The notes: generated by a model from the letters alone, not told the origin. Numbered from the stretch's first letter, positions 9,311 through 19,043 are shown. The stretch is 64,000 bases of DNA from Actinomycetes bacterium (GCA_021787475.1 JAJYLW010000002.1:56249-120248), one strand, 5' to 3'. Made by a program: numbers and translations.

Positions 9311-10543
9311 CTTCTGATCTGCCAGCGCGAGCAACTGCAAAAACCAAAGCATTACCAAACCCCAACTGCCCGGGTGCGCCCACCAACCCCAGCTCTCCAT
9401 ATCGAAAAAGTTCCAAACCCGCCAGTAGTCAACCTCAACCAGCATGAAAGAGATCGCGGTCAGCGTCAGCATCAGTTTCCGGCCGCCGGTGACATGATCC
9501 ACCTGCGGCTGCGTCAAAAACAACAAGACCAATAAAAATGGAATCAGCAGGACGACAAGATGGTGCGTAAATAAAATAGTCTGCATAATCAAAAAGTCTG
9601 TGATCAGCAATCCAAACAGCAGCAGGCTCTCCGACTTCTTCGCCCGGCGATATTTCCGGAGAAAATAAACCGTCGGGGTCCCAATTCCGGCCGCAAGGAA
9701 AAATTCGCATGCTTTTAAGACCCCCGTCCCCGGAAGGCCGGTAGCCCGCGCCAACAAAGCGGGAATGGCCATATTGACCCAGTAATGTAGCTCTCTCGCA
9801 GAGTGGCTCAACAGCGCGCCCGGCAGATGCAGATCCAGGAGCTTGCCAAAATACGCCCAGGAGATTATCTCCAGGGAAAGAATCGTCGCCAGCCCGCCCA
9901 GAAGCGCAAGCCATTGCTTTCGGACTAGAAAATAGGCAAAGAGCAGCACCGGTGTCAGCTTCACCATCGTCGCCAGCCCCAGTGATGCGCCGGCAACTGC
10001 GTCGTGGCGATGAACGGTTGAATAAAGGCAGGCGCACAAGAAGAAAAGAACCAAAATATTGGCTTGATTAATGACCATGTTTGACCAGATAGGTGTGAAC
10101 AAAAGTGTAACTATTATCAAATACGATATTGGCAATAAACTGCCGGCCTCTTTTTTAAACGTGCGCCAGAGGAGAAACACCGACCCTCCCAACGCCAGGT
10201 AGCTTACGGACAAGAATATCTTGTGCGCCACCGGCAGGGAAAAAACAAGCAACGGCTGCAGGAAAACAAGAAAGGGGGAAGGATAAAGATATTCGTTCAG
10301 CCCCGTGCTAATGCCCAAGCGGACCAGCTCGGCGGCCACCGCCTGGCGCTCGAACGGATTCAGCCCGTGGGCCGCCGCCCGCGCCGAAGCGTAATAAATG
10401 CTGAAGTCAGTGAAATATTCGCGGAAAGGGAAATAGACGGCCTCGTGAATAAACGCAAAGGCAGCCAATAGAACCACTGCAGAAATAACTGTTAACTTTC
10501 CTTTACGATAACAGAGGCCTGGCCTGGCGGAATTGAACTTCAT
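9266..10543 (-). CDS. Polytopic membrane protein, DUF2029/GT87-like putative mannosyltransferase (GT-C fold)
   Basis: 425 aa with more than 10 predicted transmembrane helices and loop motifs typical of this family. No database comparison was possible. Confidence 0.5.
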   Translation of the reverse strand: MKFNSARPGLCYRKGKLTVISAVVLLAAFAFIHEAVYFPFREYFTDFSIYYASARAAAHGLNPFERQAVAAELVRLGISTGLNEYLYPSPFLVFLQPLLVFSLPVAHKIFLSVSYLALGGSVFLLWRTFKKEAGSLLPISYLIIVTLLFTPIWSNMVINQANILVLFFLCACLYSTVHRHDAVAGASLGLATMVKLTPVLLFAYFLVRKQWLALLGGLATILSLEIISWAYFGKLLDLHLPGALLSHSARELHYWVNMAIPALLARATGLPGTGVLKACEFFLAAGIGTPTVYFLRKYRRAKKSESLLLFGLLITDFLIMQTILFTHHLVVLLIPFLLVLLFLTQPQVDHVTGGRKLMLTLTAISFMLVEVDYWRVWNFFDMESWGWWAHPGSWGLVMLWFLQLLALADQKSSGQFDGTEPKLLD

Positions 10544-10552
10544 TGCATCATC

Positions 10553-12220
10553 TCACTTGCGCACAAACAGGAAGAGCATATCACCTGGGAAGTCCCACTT
10601 ATCAACCAGACGCCAGTTTATTTCCAGCGCCTGCAGCCGTTCAGCGGTGGCGGGACTGCTGCCATCACTGTTGTCAGAGTCAACCAGCCAGACGCGGTTA
10701 AAACCAGAAACATCCTCATTGATGCGCTTGTTTGCCTGTGATGTAGAAAACAACTGCAGGCCGCTGCCGGTAAAATAGCCGGACCGGTAACCATCCCAGG
10801 GCACACCCTTCGCAGCAAAAAAAATCGAATCGGTATCGGTGGCCGGGAATCCCCCAGTCAGGGGCATTGGCTTTGACAGGTAAAAACTGGCCGCCACCGC
10901 GCACTCGTGCAAAGGAAAACAATAAAGCAGATCGTTTTGCCCCCGGTTGTGGGAAACGGTTGCCATCAGGGCGCGCCAGTTGCCGACTCTATTGTCATCA
11001 AACTTGAGTTCTATGGCGGTTAACCCCAGAAGCACCGCCAGCAGCGTCATGCCAGCCAGCGCGGCTGAGCGGCGCCGCGCGGCGTCCAAGGCCGCCCCCG
11101 CCAGAACCAGTAGCGGCGGCGCCGCCCACAGGTAAAAGCGCGCTGCCAGGGGACGACCCATCGCCACATCCGCAATTATTGGACCAATCAGCAATAAAAA
11201 GGCAAGTATGGCCAGGGCGGCAGCTTCCTTGCCGATGAGCCGGTGGCGAACGTGCCTGGAGTAAAAAACTATTGCCAAAGCTGCAGCCGCCGCGGCAGAC
11301 GCCATCAAAAAAACAACCGGCCCGGGAAGGCTCAAAACCGAACCGCCGTAATTAAGGTCATTAACCATCCAGTCGCCGCCGGTAAAGACCACGGTAACCT
11401 GAAGCAGCCCTTTCACGATCAGATCAGGGTGCGGCCACGAAAAAACAAGCCAGTGCCTGGCAAGCTTCGCCCGACCTGTCAGCGAGATAGCCAAAGCCAC
11501 GGCAATGAGCCCTGCCTGGCCAGTGAGCCACCACCTGCCCCCCCGCTTGCTGCTCCGTTCTCGAACCAGCCAATAAAGTGGCCAGCCCGCTACAATCAGG
11601 ATTGGACCCAGGTAGTATGTCAGGCAGACGGCGGCGCCGGTCAGCATGTATCCGCACCAACTGAAAAGCCCGCCCCGTTTGGCGCTGCGGACCAGCAGCC
11701 AGAGAAAAGCCACAGACAGAAAAACAAGCCACGAATACGATGTACCCTGGCGCGAATACCAGACAAGCACTGGGGAAAAGGCCGCCAATGCCGCAGCCCA
11801 CATACCTGTGCCGCTATCAAAAAGTTCCTTGCCAGCCAGATAAACAATGCCAATTGTCGCAACTCCCGCCGCCCATGACAGCATCCTCACCCCGACATCT
11901 CCGGAGGCCACAGCAAACCAGAAATGCCCCAAAAGGTAATACAGGGGCGGATGTCCGGACGCGGCCGCTTCGCTGATAACAGACCTGATCCCCAGCTTTG
12001 AGGCCCAGACAGTATACAGCTCGTCGTACCACAGGCCGCGGCCGTCCAGCCAGGCGATGCGAATCAGCGCCCCTGCCGCAAGAATAAAAGCCAGGACAAA
12101 AGGCGCCGATGTCATCTTGCTGCGGAAACCACTTTTTAGCTTATAAACAAAAGTTGACATTGACAGATGGTTATCAGAATTTAATTGCATGCCTGCAACA
12201 TTCAACTGACAGGATTTCAT
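10553..12220 (-). CDS. PMT/ArnT-family (GT39/GT83-like) membrane glycosyltransferase
   Basis: 555 aa polytopic N-terminal domain containing WLDGRGLWYDELYT and an HPPLYYLL-type motif, plus a soluble C-terminal domain. Confidence 0.6.
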   Translation of the reverse strand: MKSCQLNVAGMQLNSDNHLSMSTFVYKLKSGFRSKMTSAPFVLAFILAAGALIRIAWLDGRGLWYDELYTVWASKLGIRSVISEAAASGHPPLYYLLGHFWFAVASGDVGVRMLSWAAGVATIGIVYLAGKELFDSGTGMWAAALAAFSPVLVWYSRQGTSYSWLVFLSVAFLWLLVRSAKRGGLFSWCGYMLTGAAVCLTYYLGPILIVAGWPLYWLVRERSSKRGGRWWLTGQAGLIAVALAISLTGRAKLARHWLVFSWPHPDLIVKGLLQVTVVFTGGDWMVNDLNYGGSVLSLPGPVVFLMASAAAAAALAIVFYSRHVRHRLIGKEAAALAILAFLLLIGPIIADVAMGRPLAARFYLWAAPPLLVLAGAALDAARRRSAALAGMTLLAVLLGLTAIELKFDDNRVGNWRALMATVSHNRGQNDLLYCFPLHECAVAASFYLSKPMPLTGGFPATDTDSIFFAAKGVPWDGYRSGYFTGSGLQLFSTSQANKRINEDVSGFNRVWLVDSDNSDGSSPATAERLQALEINWRLVDKWDFPGDMLFLFVRK

Positions 12221-12251
12221 GTCGGTTCACAGAATATCAGATTAGTCTGCA

Positions 12252-13232
12252 ATGCCATCAATTCTTTATCGAGGAACAAACCTGCAATCATCAACGGCGG
12301 AAAACAGTGCGGCGGTAATTGCCTGCCGCAGCCTGACGAAGTACTACGGCCCTCAGCCGGGAATTAGCGATCTTGATCTTTCCGTGGCCGCCGGCGAGAT
12401 TTTTGGGTTCCTCGGTCCAAATGGCGCCGGCAAAACAACCACGATTCGCCTGCTCATGGGCATGCTGAGGCCAACTTCCGGCCTGGCGGCTATCCTTGGC
12501 TATGATGCCTGGAAGAAGTCAACAGAGATAAAGCGGCACATCGGTCACATTCCCGGCGATGTCAGACTTTATGAACACATGCGGGTAGGAGAGCTGCTTG
12601 ACTACATCGACGGATTCCGCGCAAGCACGGGAAGGCTGCGGGCAGAGCTGCTGGAGCGGCTCGAGCTGGCCGCTCACAAAAATGTCAAATCGCTCTCCCG
12701 CGGCAACAGGCAGAAAGTTGCCATTGTGCTGGCGGTGATGCACGACCCCGACATCCTCATTCTTGATGAGCCCACCCTTGGGCTCGACCCCCTCATGCAG
12801 CAGGCATTTTACACTATTCTGTTGGAGCTGAAGCAGCGGGGCAAGACTGTGTTTCTTTCTTCCCATATCCTCTCCGAAGTCGAGCGCGTCTGCGACCGGG
12901 TCGGCATCGTCAAGGATGGACGCTTGATTGAAGTACAGGCGATCGAGGCATTGAGGCAGAATAAGATCCGTCATATGGATGTCACCTTCGCGAAAGAGGT
13001 CAATTTTGAGGAGCTGAGGCGCTTGCCTCAGGTGCTGGAAGTGCAAAAACATGACAACGTGCTCCGAATTACGCTGCGCGGCGATATCGACGCCATTATC
13101 AAGGAGCTTGCCCGCCACCGGATCGTTGACCTGACTTTTGCCCAGCCCAGTCTGGAGGACTTTTTCCTCAGCTTTTACGGCGCCAGTCGAAAAAATGACA
13201 CAAATAACCAATCTGCTAAAAAGAACATTTAA
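12252..13232 (+). CDS. ABC transporter ATP-binding protein
   Basis: Walker A GPNGAGKTTT, signature LSRGNRQK and Walker B ILILDEP. Confidence 0.85.
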   Translation: MPSILYRGTNLQSSTAENSAAVIACRSLTKYYGPQPGISDLDLSVAAGEIFGFLGPNGAGKTTTIRLLMGMLRPTSGLAAILGYDAWKKSTEIKRHIGHIPGDVRLYEHMRVGELLDYIDGFRASTGRLRAELLERLELAAHKNVKSLSRGNRQKVAIVLAVMHDPDILILDEPTLGLDPLMQQAFYTILLELKQRGKTVFLSSHILSEVERVCDRVGIVKDGRLIEVQAIEALRQNKIRHMDVTFAKEVNFEELRRLPQVLEVQKHDNVLRITLRGDIDAIIKELARHRIVDLTFAQPSLEDFFLSFYGASRKNDTNNQSAKKNI

Positions 13233-13998
13233 AGACCGCCGCACGTCACTGGTCATCTACGCAGCCGGGCTGGCTGCTTACTCTGTTTTTATCCTCGCCA
13301 TCTGGCCTTCGATAAAAAACGCCCAGCTTCAGCAACTCTGGCAAAGTTACCCGCCAGCATTAAAGAAGGCGTTTGGCGCGAATATCGATCTGGCCGCCTT
13401 TGATGGTTTTTTCACGCTTGAATACTTTGGCCAGTTGTGGCCGCTGATTTTGATAGCCTTTAGCGTTGGGTTTGCCTCTGCCAGCCTTGGCGGGGAAATC
13501 GAAAAAGGAACGATGGAGTTGCTGCTCTCCCAGCCGGTCAGACGGCGCTCGGTTGTCCTGGGGAAATATTTATTTTTCCTGCTGGCGCTGGCCGCCTTGA
13601 TTATTGCCACGCTCATCCCTGTTGTGCTGGGCGCTCCGATTGCCGGAGGCCGCGTCGGCATTACCGGCGTCGCTGCCCTCGGCTTGCAGGCATTCCTGTT
13701 TTTTGCCGCGGTGGGCTCTTACAGCATCTTTTCCGCCGCTCTCTTCAGCACACGGTCGCGGGCAATTTTTGCCTCTGTGGCGGTCGCGATAATTTCATAT
13801 GCTCTGGATATACTGGCAAAATTAAATAATTTTGTCAGCAACTTTCACTTTCTGTCACTTTTTTATTATTACGACCCCTTCCGCTATCTGCACTCAGCAT
13901 CCTATGCCTGGGGTGATTTGACAGTGCTGACGGCAATTTCCCTCTTCTCGTTGACGGCGGCCGTCCTCTGGTTTAACCATCGTGATATTGCCTGCTGA
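13195..13998 (+). CDS. ABC-2 type transporter permease
   Basis: Six hydrophobic segments. It is co-oriented with and overlaps the ATPase gene. The ATG at 13195 was chosen over the upstream in-frame extension. Confidence 0.65.
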   Translation: MTQITNLLKRTFKDRRTSLVIYAAGLAAYSVFILAIWPSIKNAQLQQLWQSYPPALKKAFGANIDLAAFDGFFTLEYFGQLWPLILIAFSVGFASASLGGEIEKGTMELLLSQPVRRRSVVLGKYLFFLLALAALIIATLIPVVLGAPIAGGRVGITGVAALGLQAFLFFAAVGSYSIFSAALFSTRSRAIFASVAVAIISYALDILAKLNNFVSNFHFLSLFYYYDPFRYLHSASYAWGDLTVLTAISLFSLTAAVLWFNHRDIAC

Positions 13999-14209
13999 AG
14001 CAAAAACATGGGGCCGGAAATTTAAGCGAAGCCGAATTTGGAACTTTGCTGGCGGATTGTTAAAATTGAGCCTGCCAACTCAGGTTATTGCGTTTTTCGT
14101 TTGGAATTACCTGTTCTTGATTTTCAGGCTTTAGATTTTTGTTTCCAGATTGCTTTTGTTTTTGGTTTTATCCAAAATCCAAGGTCTAGCATCCAATATC
14201 TAGTTTTAC

Positions 14210-14285
14210 GGCGCATTCGTCTAGTGGCCTAGGACGCCGGCCTCTCACGCCGGTAGCAGGGGTTCAAATCCCCTATGCGCTACCA
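14210..14285 (+). tRNA. tRNA-Glu (anticodon CTC)
   Basis: Cloverleaf with acceptor stem GGCGCAT/ATGCGCT, anticodon loop CTCTCAC, T-arm AGGGG-TTCAAAT-CCCCT, and CCA encoded. Confidence 0.85.
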
Positions 14286-14854
14286 ATTTCTTTTCTTCCT
14301 GCTATTTCGCCTTTTTATTAGCCATCAAAGAAGGCATGTATTAAAGTTATTACCAAGCCCCCTTTCTCTCTTCCCCATACTATTTCCCACAAACACGTCT
14401 AATTTCAGAGTAATAGGGAGGAAATATTGTGGCCGAATCCAAACTCTTCACCATCACGCGTGACGCCAAAAAAGGCTTGTTTCAATGAGACTCCCTGGGG
14501 CAGATCAGGCCATGTCCATAAACAAAGCGGAAACCCCGAAGCGGGGCTTCCGCCAATCCTCAGGTATGGGCTTTTACTCCCGGCCCGCCTTACGGCGCCG
14601 ACAGCCCTGTCATAGTCGGCCAGGGAGGCCCAGAAGGGCTGGGGGCTTGCCAGCGCTAGCGAAGGTTTGCCGCTTGTGACTTCATTTGCCAGAGGCAGAT
14701 TATCCCTACCGAAAGCAGCATCACAGAAGCCGTCGACGTTGGTATCGCTACAACCCTGGGCTGGGCTGTCACGGATTGCCAACAGGCAAATTTAGCGCCA
14801 TTGATTGGGGATGAAACCTTTTCCTTCAACCCAGACGAAGAAGAAAAAAGCGGT

Positions 14855-16372
14855 TTAATCCTGGTTCGAGCCCGGCGATTGCAAGAGCTGTTGTGCGGCC
14901 TTGATCCGGTTAACGCTTTTCTCTCGGCCCAAGACCGATAGCGTTTCAAACATTCCGGGTGTGACCGCCTTGCCGCTGACGGCAATCCGGACAGGCTCCA
15001 GGAACTTTCCCACCTTGACGCTCATTCTTGACGCTGCCGCCCTTAATGACACCTCCAGGCTTTCGGCGTCAAACACCGGCAGGCTGCTTAATATCTCAGC
15101 CGTCGCCTTCAGAATTTCTACCGCTCTTTCCGCTGATTTAAGCCTGGCCAGAGCCTTTTCCTCAAAATTAACTGGCAAGAAAAAGAAATCAGTCAAAATA
15201 ACAAAATCTGCCAGAGTCTTCATCTTTTCCTGAACCAGAGGCGTCAGTTCCGGCACCCGCGGTCTGCCTGCTTTGCCGGGCAGGCCCGCCAGCCTGGTAC
15301 GCTTAACGTAATCTTCAATTTGACCGGCCAGCCTTCGCTCATCCATGTTGCGGATATAGTGGCCGTTCATCCAAACAAGCTTGCCGGTGTCAAAAACCGC
15401 CGCCGTGCAGCCCACCCGCTCCAGAGAAAACTTGCCGACAAGGTCTTCAGTGGAAAAAAAAGTTGTTTTATCGTCTAAGCTCCAGCCAAGCAGCGCCAGG
15501 TAGTTGCGCAGCGCCTCGGGTAAAAAACCACGGGAACGAAATTCATCAACGGAGACGTCGCCGTGGCGCTTTGATAGCGGCGACCGGTCCGGCCCCAGGA
15601 TAAGCGGCAGGTGAGCATACTTCGGCGGCTCTAAATCCAGCGCTTCCATAAGCAGCAGTTGCCGGGGGGTATTGGGGAGATGATCATCGCCGCGAATGAC
15701 GTGCGTTATTTTCATCGACGCGTCATCGACAGCGGCGGCAAAATTGTAAGTCGGAGTCCCGCTTGACCTGACCAAAATGAAATCGCCAAGCTGGGCGTTG
15801 TCAAACTCGACAGCGCCGCGGATGATATCATGAACAACAGTCTTTCCGGCCGTGGGTGTTTTCAGCCTGATGGCCGGCCGGTGGCCCTCGTCTTTCAGCT
15901 TTTGGGCATCGGCCTCGGACAACCCGCGGCAACGACCCTGATAAACAACGGGACGGCCTGCCGCGCGCGCCCGTGTTCGCTCGGCTTCCAGCTCTTCCGG
16001 CAAGCAATAGCAATAAAAAGCTTTCTCCTCAGCGATCAACCTCTCGGCAGCCCGCCGATATAGGCCGGCTCTTTCGGTCTGCCGGTAGGGACCAAAGCCG
16101 CCTTCCACTTCAGGCCCTTCGTCCCAATCAAGCCCGAGCCAGCGGAGGCTGTCGATAATCTGGCGAACGGCCTCTTCCGTGGAGCGCTCCAAGTCGGTGT
16201 CTTCCAGCCTCAGGACAAAAACGCCCCTGTGTCGGCGCGCAAAAAGCCAGTTGTAGAGAGCCGTCCTGGCGCCGCCTATATGAAGATGCCCGGTGGGGCT
16301 TGGCGCAAAGCGAACCCGGACAGAGGCGCTATTCTCTTCTCTCTTGTCAACGACGCTCATACTTTGTCCCAA
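14855..16372 (-). CDS. gltX: Glutamyl-tRNA synthetase
   Basis: 505 aa with the class I HIGH motif RFAPSPTGHLHIGGARTA and a KMSKR-like KRHG motif. Confidence 0.9.
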   Translation of the reverse strand: MGQSMSVVDKREENSASVRVRFAPSPTGHLHIGGARTALYNWLFARRHRGVFVLRLEDTDLERSTEEAVRQIIDSLRWLGLDWDEGPEVEGGFGPYRQTERAGLYRRAAERLIAEEKAFYCYCLPEELEAERTRARAAGRPVVYQGRCRGLSEADAQKLKDEGHRPAIRLKTPTAGKTVVHDIIRGAVEFDNAQLGDFILVRSSGTPTYNFAAAVDDASMKITHVIRGDDHLPNTPRQLLLMEALDLEPPKYAHLPLILGPDRSPLSKRHGDVSVDEFRSRGFLPEALRNYLALLGWSLDDKTTFFSTEDLVGKFSLERVGCTAAVFDTGKLVWMNGHYIRNMDERRLAGQIEDYVKRTRLAGLPGKAGRPRVPELTPLVQEKMKTLADFVILTDFFFLPVNFEEKALARLKSAERAVEILKATAEILSSLPVFDAESLEVSLRAAASRMSVKVGKFLEPVRIAVSGKAVTPGMFETLSVLGREKSVNRIKAAQQLLQSPGSNQD

Positions 16373-16448
16373 ATTCTAACATTAACATGCATGCCGCCAG
16401 CGGCAAAAGGGCCGCTTTAGCTGCAGGGAGCCAGGCCCTGGTCCCCTC

Positions 16449-16481
16449 AACGAAAGAGCCCGGTATAAATTGACCGGGCTC
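16449..16481 (-). terminator. Intrinsic terminator downstream of the NlpC/P60 gene
   Basis: Minus-sense stem GAGCCCGGT-loop-ACCGGGCTC followed by TTTCGTT. Confidence 0.6.
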
Positions 16482-16507
16482 ATGTTTGCTCTGGTTTAGA
16501 TCCGGGA

Positions 16508-17539
16508 CTAAAGCCGGCAGGCGCCGCGATACGTGCCCCCGCCGGAGAGAGGCGATATCTGTACGACCGTACCCGGGTAAGGAGCTTGAATCATGCTGCC
16601 GCCGCCGATGTAGATGCCAACATGCTCAATGCCTCCGTCTCCGAAAAAGACGAGGTCTCCCGGAGCCAGCTCGCTCTGGCTGATTGGCGTCCCGGCCTCA
16701 TATTGAGCGGCTGCCGAATGCGGCAAGGAGATGCCAACCTGTGAGTAAACGTACATCACCAGCCCCGAGCAATCAAAACCGGCTGGTGAGGCTCCGCCCC
16801 AGACGTAAGGCACGCCCAGGTACTGCATTGCGATTGACACAACTCCACCGGCGCGTGGGGCCGGCGCTGGCCCACTGCCCGCGCCCGAACCTGACGAACT
16901 GCTGCTGTTATCATAACTGGCGGAAGCAGTTTGCTGTTGCTGCTGGGCGGCCGCTGCCTGGGCCGCCGCCGCTTCCTGCTGCTCCTGCTTTTGCAGGGTC
17001 TGAATGTCAGTGCTAATGCTGGCAAGCTTCTGCTGGCGATCAGCAATGCCAGATTGTATCTGGTCTTTGTCAGACGCCAGTTGCGAAATCAGGCCTTCCT
17101 GGGAAGACTTGTCATTCTCCAGTTGGGCCTGCGCCTGCTCAACCTGGGACTTCAGAATTTTAATCTGGTCAACGTCGTTGCGATCCTGCTCGCTGAGCTT
17201 GGATAGCATGTCATATGTCGAAAGAAAATCGCTCAAGCTGGATGTGTTCATCAGAACATCGATCATGCCGGTCGATCCGTTTCGATAAATCCTGGCAACC
17301 CTGCCATTCAGTGTGGCCTGGGTTTGACCCAGCTTTTGTTTAGCGGCAGCAAGCTCCTGTTGGTTTTCCTTGATGTTTGTGTCGATGTGCCCCAACTCCA
17401 CGTTGGCGGCATTGTAGCTTTCAACCTTTGCCTCCAACTGCTGATTCATGCTGTTGATCTCGGTTTTGACCTGATCTGCCTGGGATTGTTTGGCGGCGAT
17501 GTCGCTGGCGGGATCTGCCGCGGCAAACGTCGCTGTCAA
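16508..17539 (-). CDS. NlpC/P60 (C40) cell-wall peptidase with an N-terminal coiled-coil
   Basis: A catalytic Cys motif DCSGLVMYVYSQVGISLP precedes His and the C-terminal Gly/Ser-rich linker. The predicted TTG start leaves no signal peptide (see findings). Confidence 0.8.
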   Translation of the reverse strand: MTATFAAADPASDIAAKQSQADQVKTEINSMNQQLEAKVESYNAANVELGHIDTNIKENQQELAAAKQKLGQTQATLNGRVARIYRNGSTGMIDVLMNTSSLSDFLSTYDMLSKLSEQDRNDVDQIKILKSQVEQAQAQLENDKSSQEGLISQLASDKDQIQSGIADRQQKLASISTDIQTLQKQEQQEAAAAQAAAAQQQQQTASASYDNSSSSSGSGAGSGPAPAPRAGGVVSIAMQYLGVPYVWGGASPAGFDCSGLVMYVYSQVGISLPHSAAAQYEAGTPISQSELAPGDLVFFGDGGIEHVGIYIGGGSMIQAPYPGTVVQISPLSGGGTYRGACRL

Positions 17540-17834
17540 AAAAAGCGGAATCAGAAGAATTAAAGAGAGGCTGATGAAGAAGAGTGGAAGTCTTCTGTGG
17601 TTACGCTTATCGGGGGACCCATGAGAGGAATTTGAAACTGCTGCTGATAATGACTGTTTCTTATACCGGATTTTATTCGCCTCCTTAAGGACACTGAGTG
17701 TCGGTCAGTTGGCATCCACATTATGACCCCAAAACTCCGTGCACCTTAACAAGGCCTTCTGTCGAAGTCAATAAATAGTAGCGAAATTTAACACAATTAC
17801 CGCAAATAGCGGGATTTTTCTCCTCCTGTTTCGG

Positions 17835-18953
17835 TCAAGCGACGGCAAAATATCGCTTCAGGCCCGCCAGAATTGCTTGCGCCTCACGATCAGCCAGCCT
17901 CCCGTCCGATAAATCAATGTCTCGTCCTGAACTTAGAAAAAGCGGCTCAACCAGAACGGCAGTCATCTCCGTTTCCCTAAGAACGGCGAAGTTTCGGCCG
18001 ATCGGCGGGAGCGCCGGCAGGCCCAGTTCACGGGACAGGCTGTTCAGGATATGCCAGGCAAGAAGTTTTCCCGACTCGGAAAAATATCCCTGCCGGCAAA
18101 AAAAATAAGCCGCCGAGCCCTGGGCGGCGGGACTCGAGCAACTGTTATGATGGATGCTGATAAAAAGATCGCCGCCCCATGCGTTCGCCAGGGCTGGACG
18201 ATCGTAAAGGTCAACGTCCGTATCGCTTTCCCTCGTGAAATAAATGCGCGATCCCTCCTGTTCAAGGGCCCGCCCTAACATAATTGACACCTGCAGGTTG
18301 AGTTCTTTTTCGGGCACCGGGCCGTCTCCGGAAACTCCGGGATCATCCCCGCCATGGCCGGGATCGATGACAATTGCTATGTTTGCCAGTGATCGACCGG
18401 CGGCACTGCCACCGTTTCGGTCCGGAATCTTGGCATCGTCTGCGTGCGGACCGGCATCTTTGGTTACCCTGGCCATCGATTTGAGCACCGATTCGTCAAC
18501 CATTCCGTCAACAACCAGCCCGGCGTTTTTCTGAAAGTCAAGCACCGCCCTTTCCGTAACGTATCCAAAAATTCCATCTTCGGGACCAGCGTTGAATCCC
18601 AGCCGGTTCAAGGATCGCTGCAGAATAAGAACATCAGCACCGCGAAAAGAAGGAATTTTCAAATAAAGCAGTCTTTCGCCGGTCCCGTAGCCGGCCTCGA
18701 CCAGTTCCTGCCAGGTGTTGTCTGCGACAATCCCGTCGGCGAGCAGGCCATTGGCCTGTTGAAAAGCAAGAACCGCCGCCTGCGTGTCAGGGCCAAAAAA
18801 ACCGTCGACGCCGTCTGTGCCGACATTGTATCCCAACCCGCACATCCGCGATTGAACGTCAAGCACCTCTTTCCCCCGATCGCCCAATTTCAAAGTTCTC
18901 ATTAAAAACCGCCCTTCAACCGGCAGCGATTGCGACTGCCAGAAATTTATCAA
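17835..18953 (-). CDS. N-acetylmuramoyl-L-alanine amidase (Amidase_3) with two peptidoglycan-binding domains
   Basis: Two PG_binding_1-like repeats (LGYNVGTDGVDGFFGPDTQAAVLAFQ) and an Amidase_3 core (IAIVIDPGHGGDDPG ... SIHHNS). Confidence 0.8.
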   Translation of the reverse strand: MINFWQSQSLPVEGRFLMRTLKLGDRGKEVLDVQSRMCGLGYNVGTDGVDGFFGPDTQAAVLAFQQANGLLADGIVADNTWQELVEAGYGTGERLLYLKIPSFRGADVLILQRSLNRLGFNAGPEDGIFGYVTERAVLDFQKNAGLVVDGMVDESVLKSMARVTKDAGPHADDAKIPDRNGGSAAGRSLANIAIVIDPGHGGDDPGVSGDGPVPEKELNLQVSIMLGRALEQEGSRIYFTRESDTDVDLYDRPALANAWGGDLFISIHHNSCSSPAAQGSAAYFFCRQGYFSESGKLLAWHILNSLSRELGLPALPPIGRNFAVLRETEMTAVLVEPLFLSSGRDIDLSDGRLADREAQAILAGLKRYFAVA

Positions 18954-18985
18954 TGACGATCATCCAATTCACTTGAGGGAAACTC

Positions 18986-19029
18986 GGGGACACGATCCCA
19001 ATTTCCTTCGGAAATTGAGTCATGTCCCC
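18986..19029. repeat. Intergenic hairpin repeat, type A, copy 1
   Basis: GGGGACACGATCCCAATTTCC-TTCG-GAAATTGAGTCATGTCCCC, with nested inverted repeats. It is nearly identical to 47289..47329. Confidence 0.6.
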
Positions 19030-19043
19030 TGCCTAGATCGTGT

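Noticed and set aside
14405-14782. 125-aa minus-strand ORF, and several 60-110 aa ORFs, in the tRNA-Glu/gltX spacer
   Set aside because: Low-complexity, Cys/Gly/Ala-rich translations with no recognisable motif. They overlap each other and the GC-rich stems. They are treated as non-coding unless expression data say otherwise.
14286-14854. Housekeeping ncRNA (tmRNA, RNase P RNA, SRP RNA, 6S) in the unannotated spacer
   Set aside because: I searched by eye for the tRNA-like 3' end and tag ORF of tmRNA, the P4 GGAAAGTCCGG / ACAGAACCCGGCTTA motifs of RNase P, and the GGAAGCAGCCAAGG motif of 4.5S. None is present.
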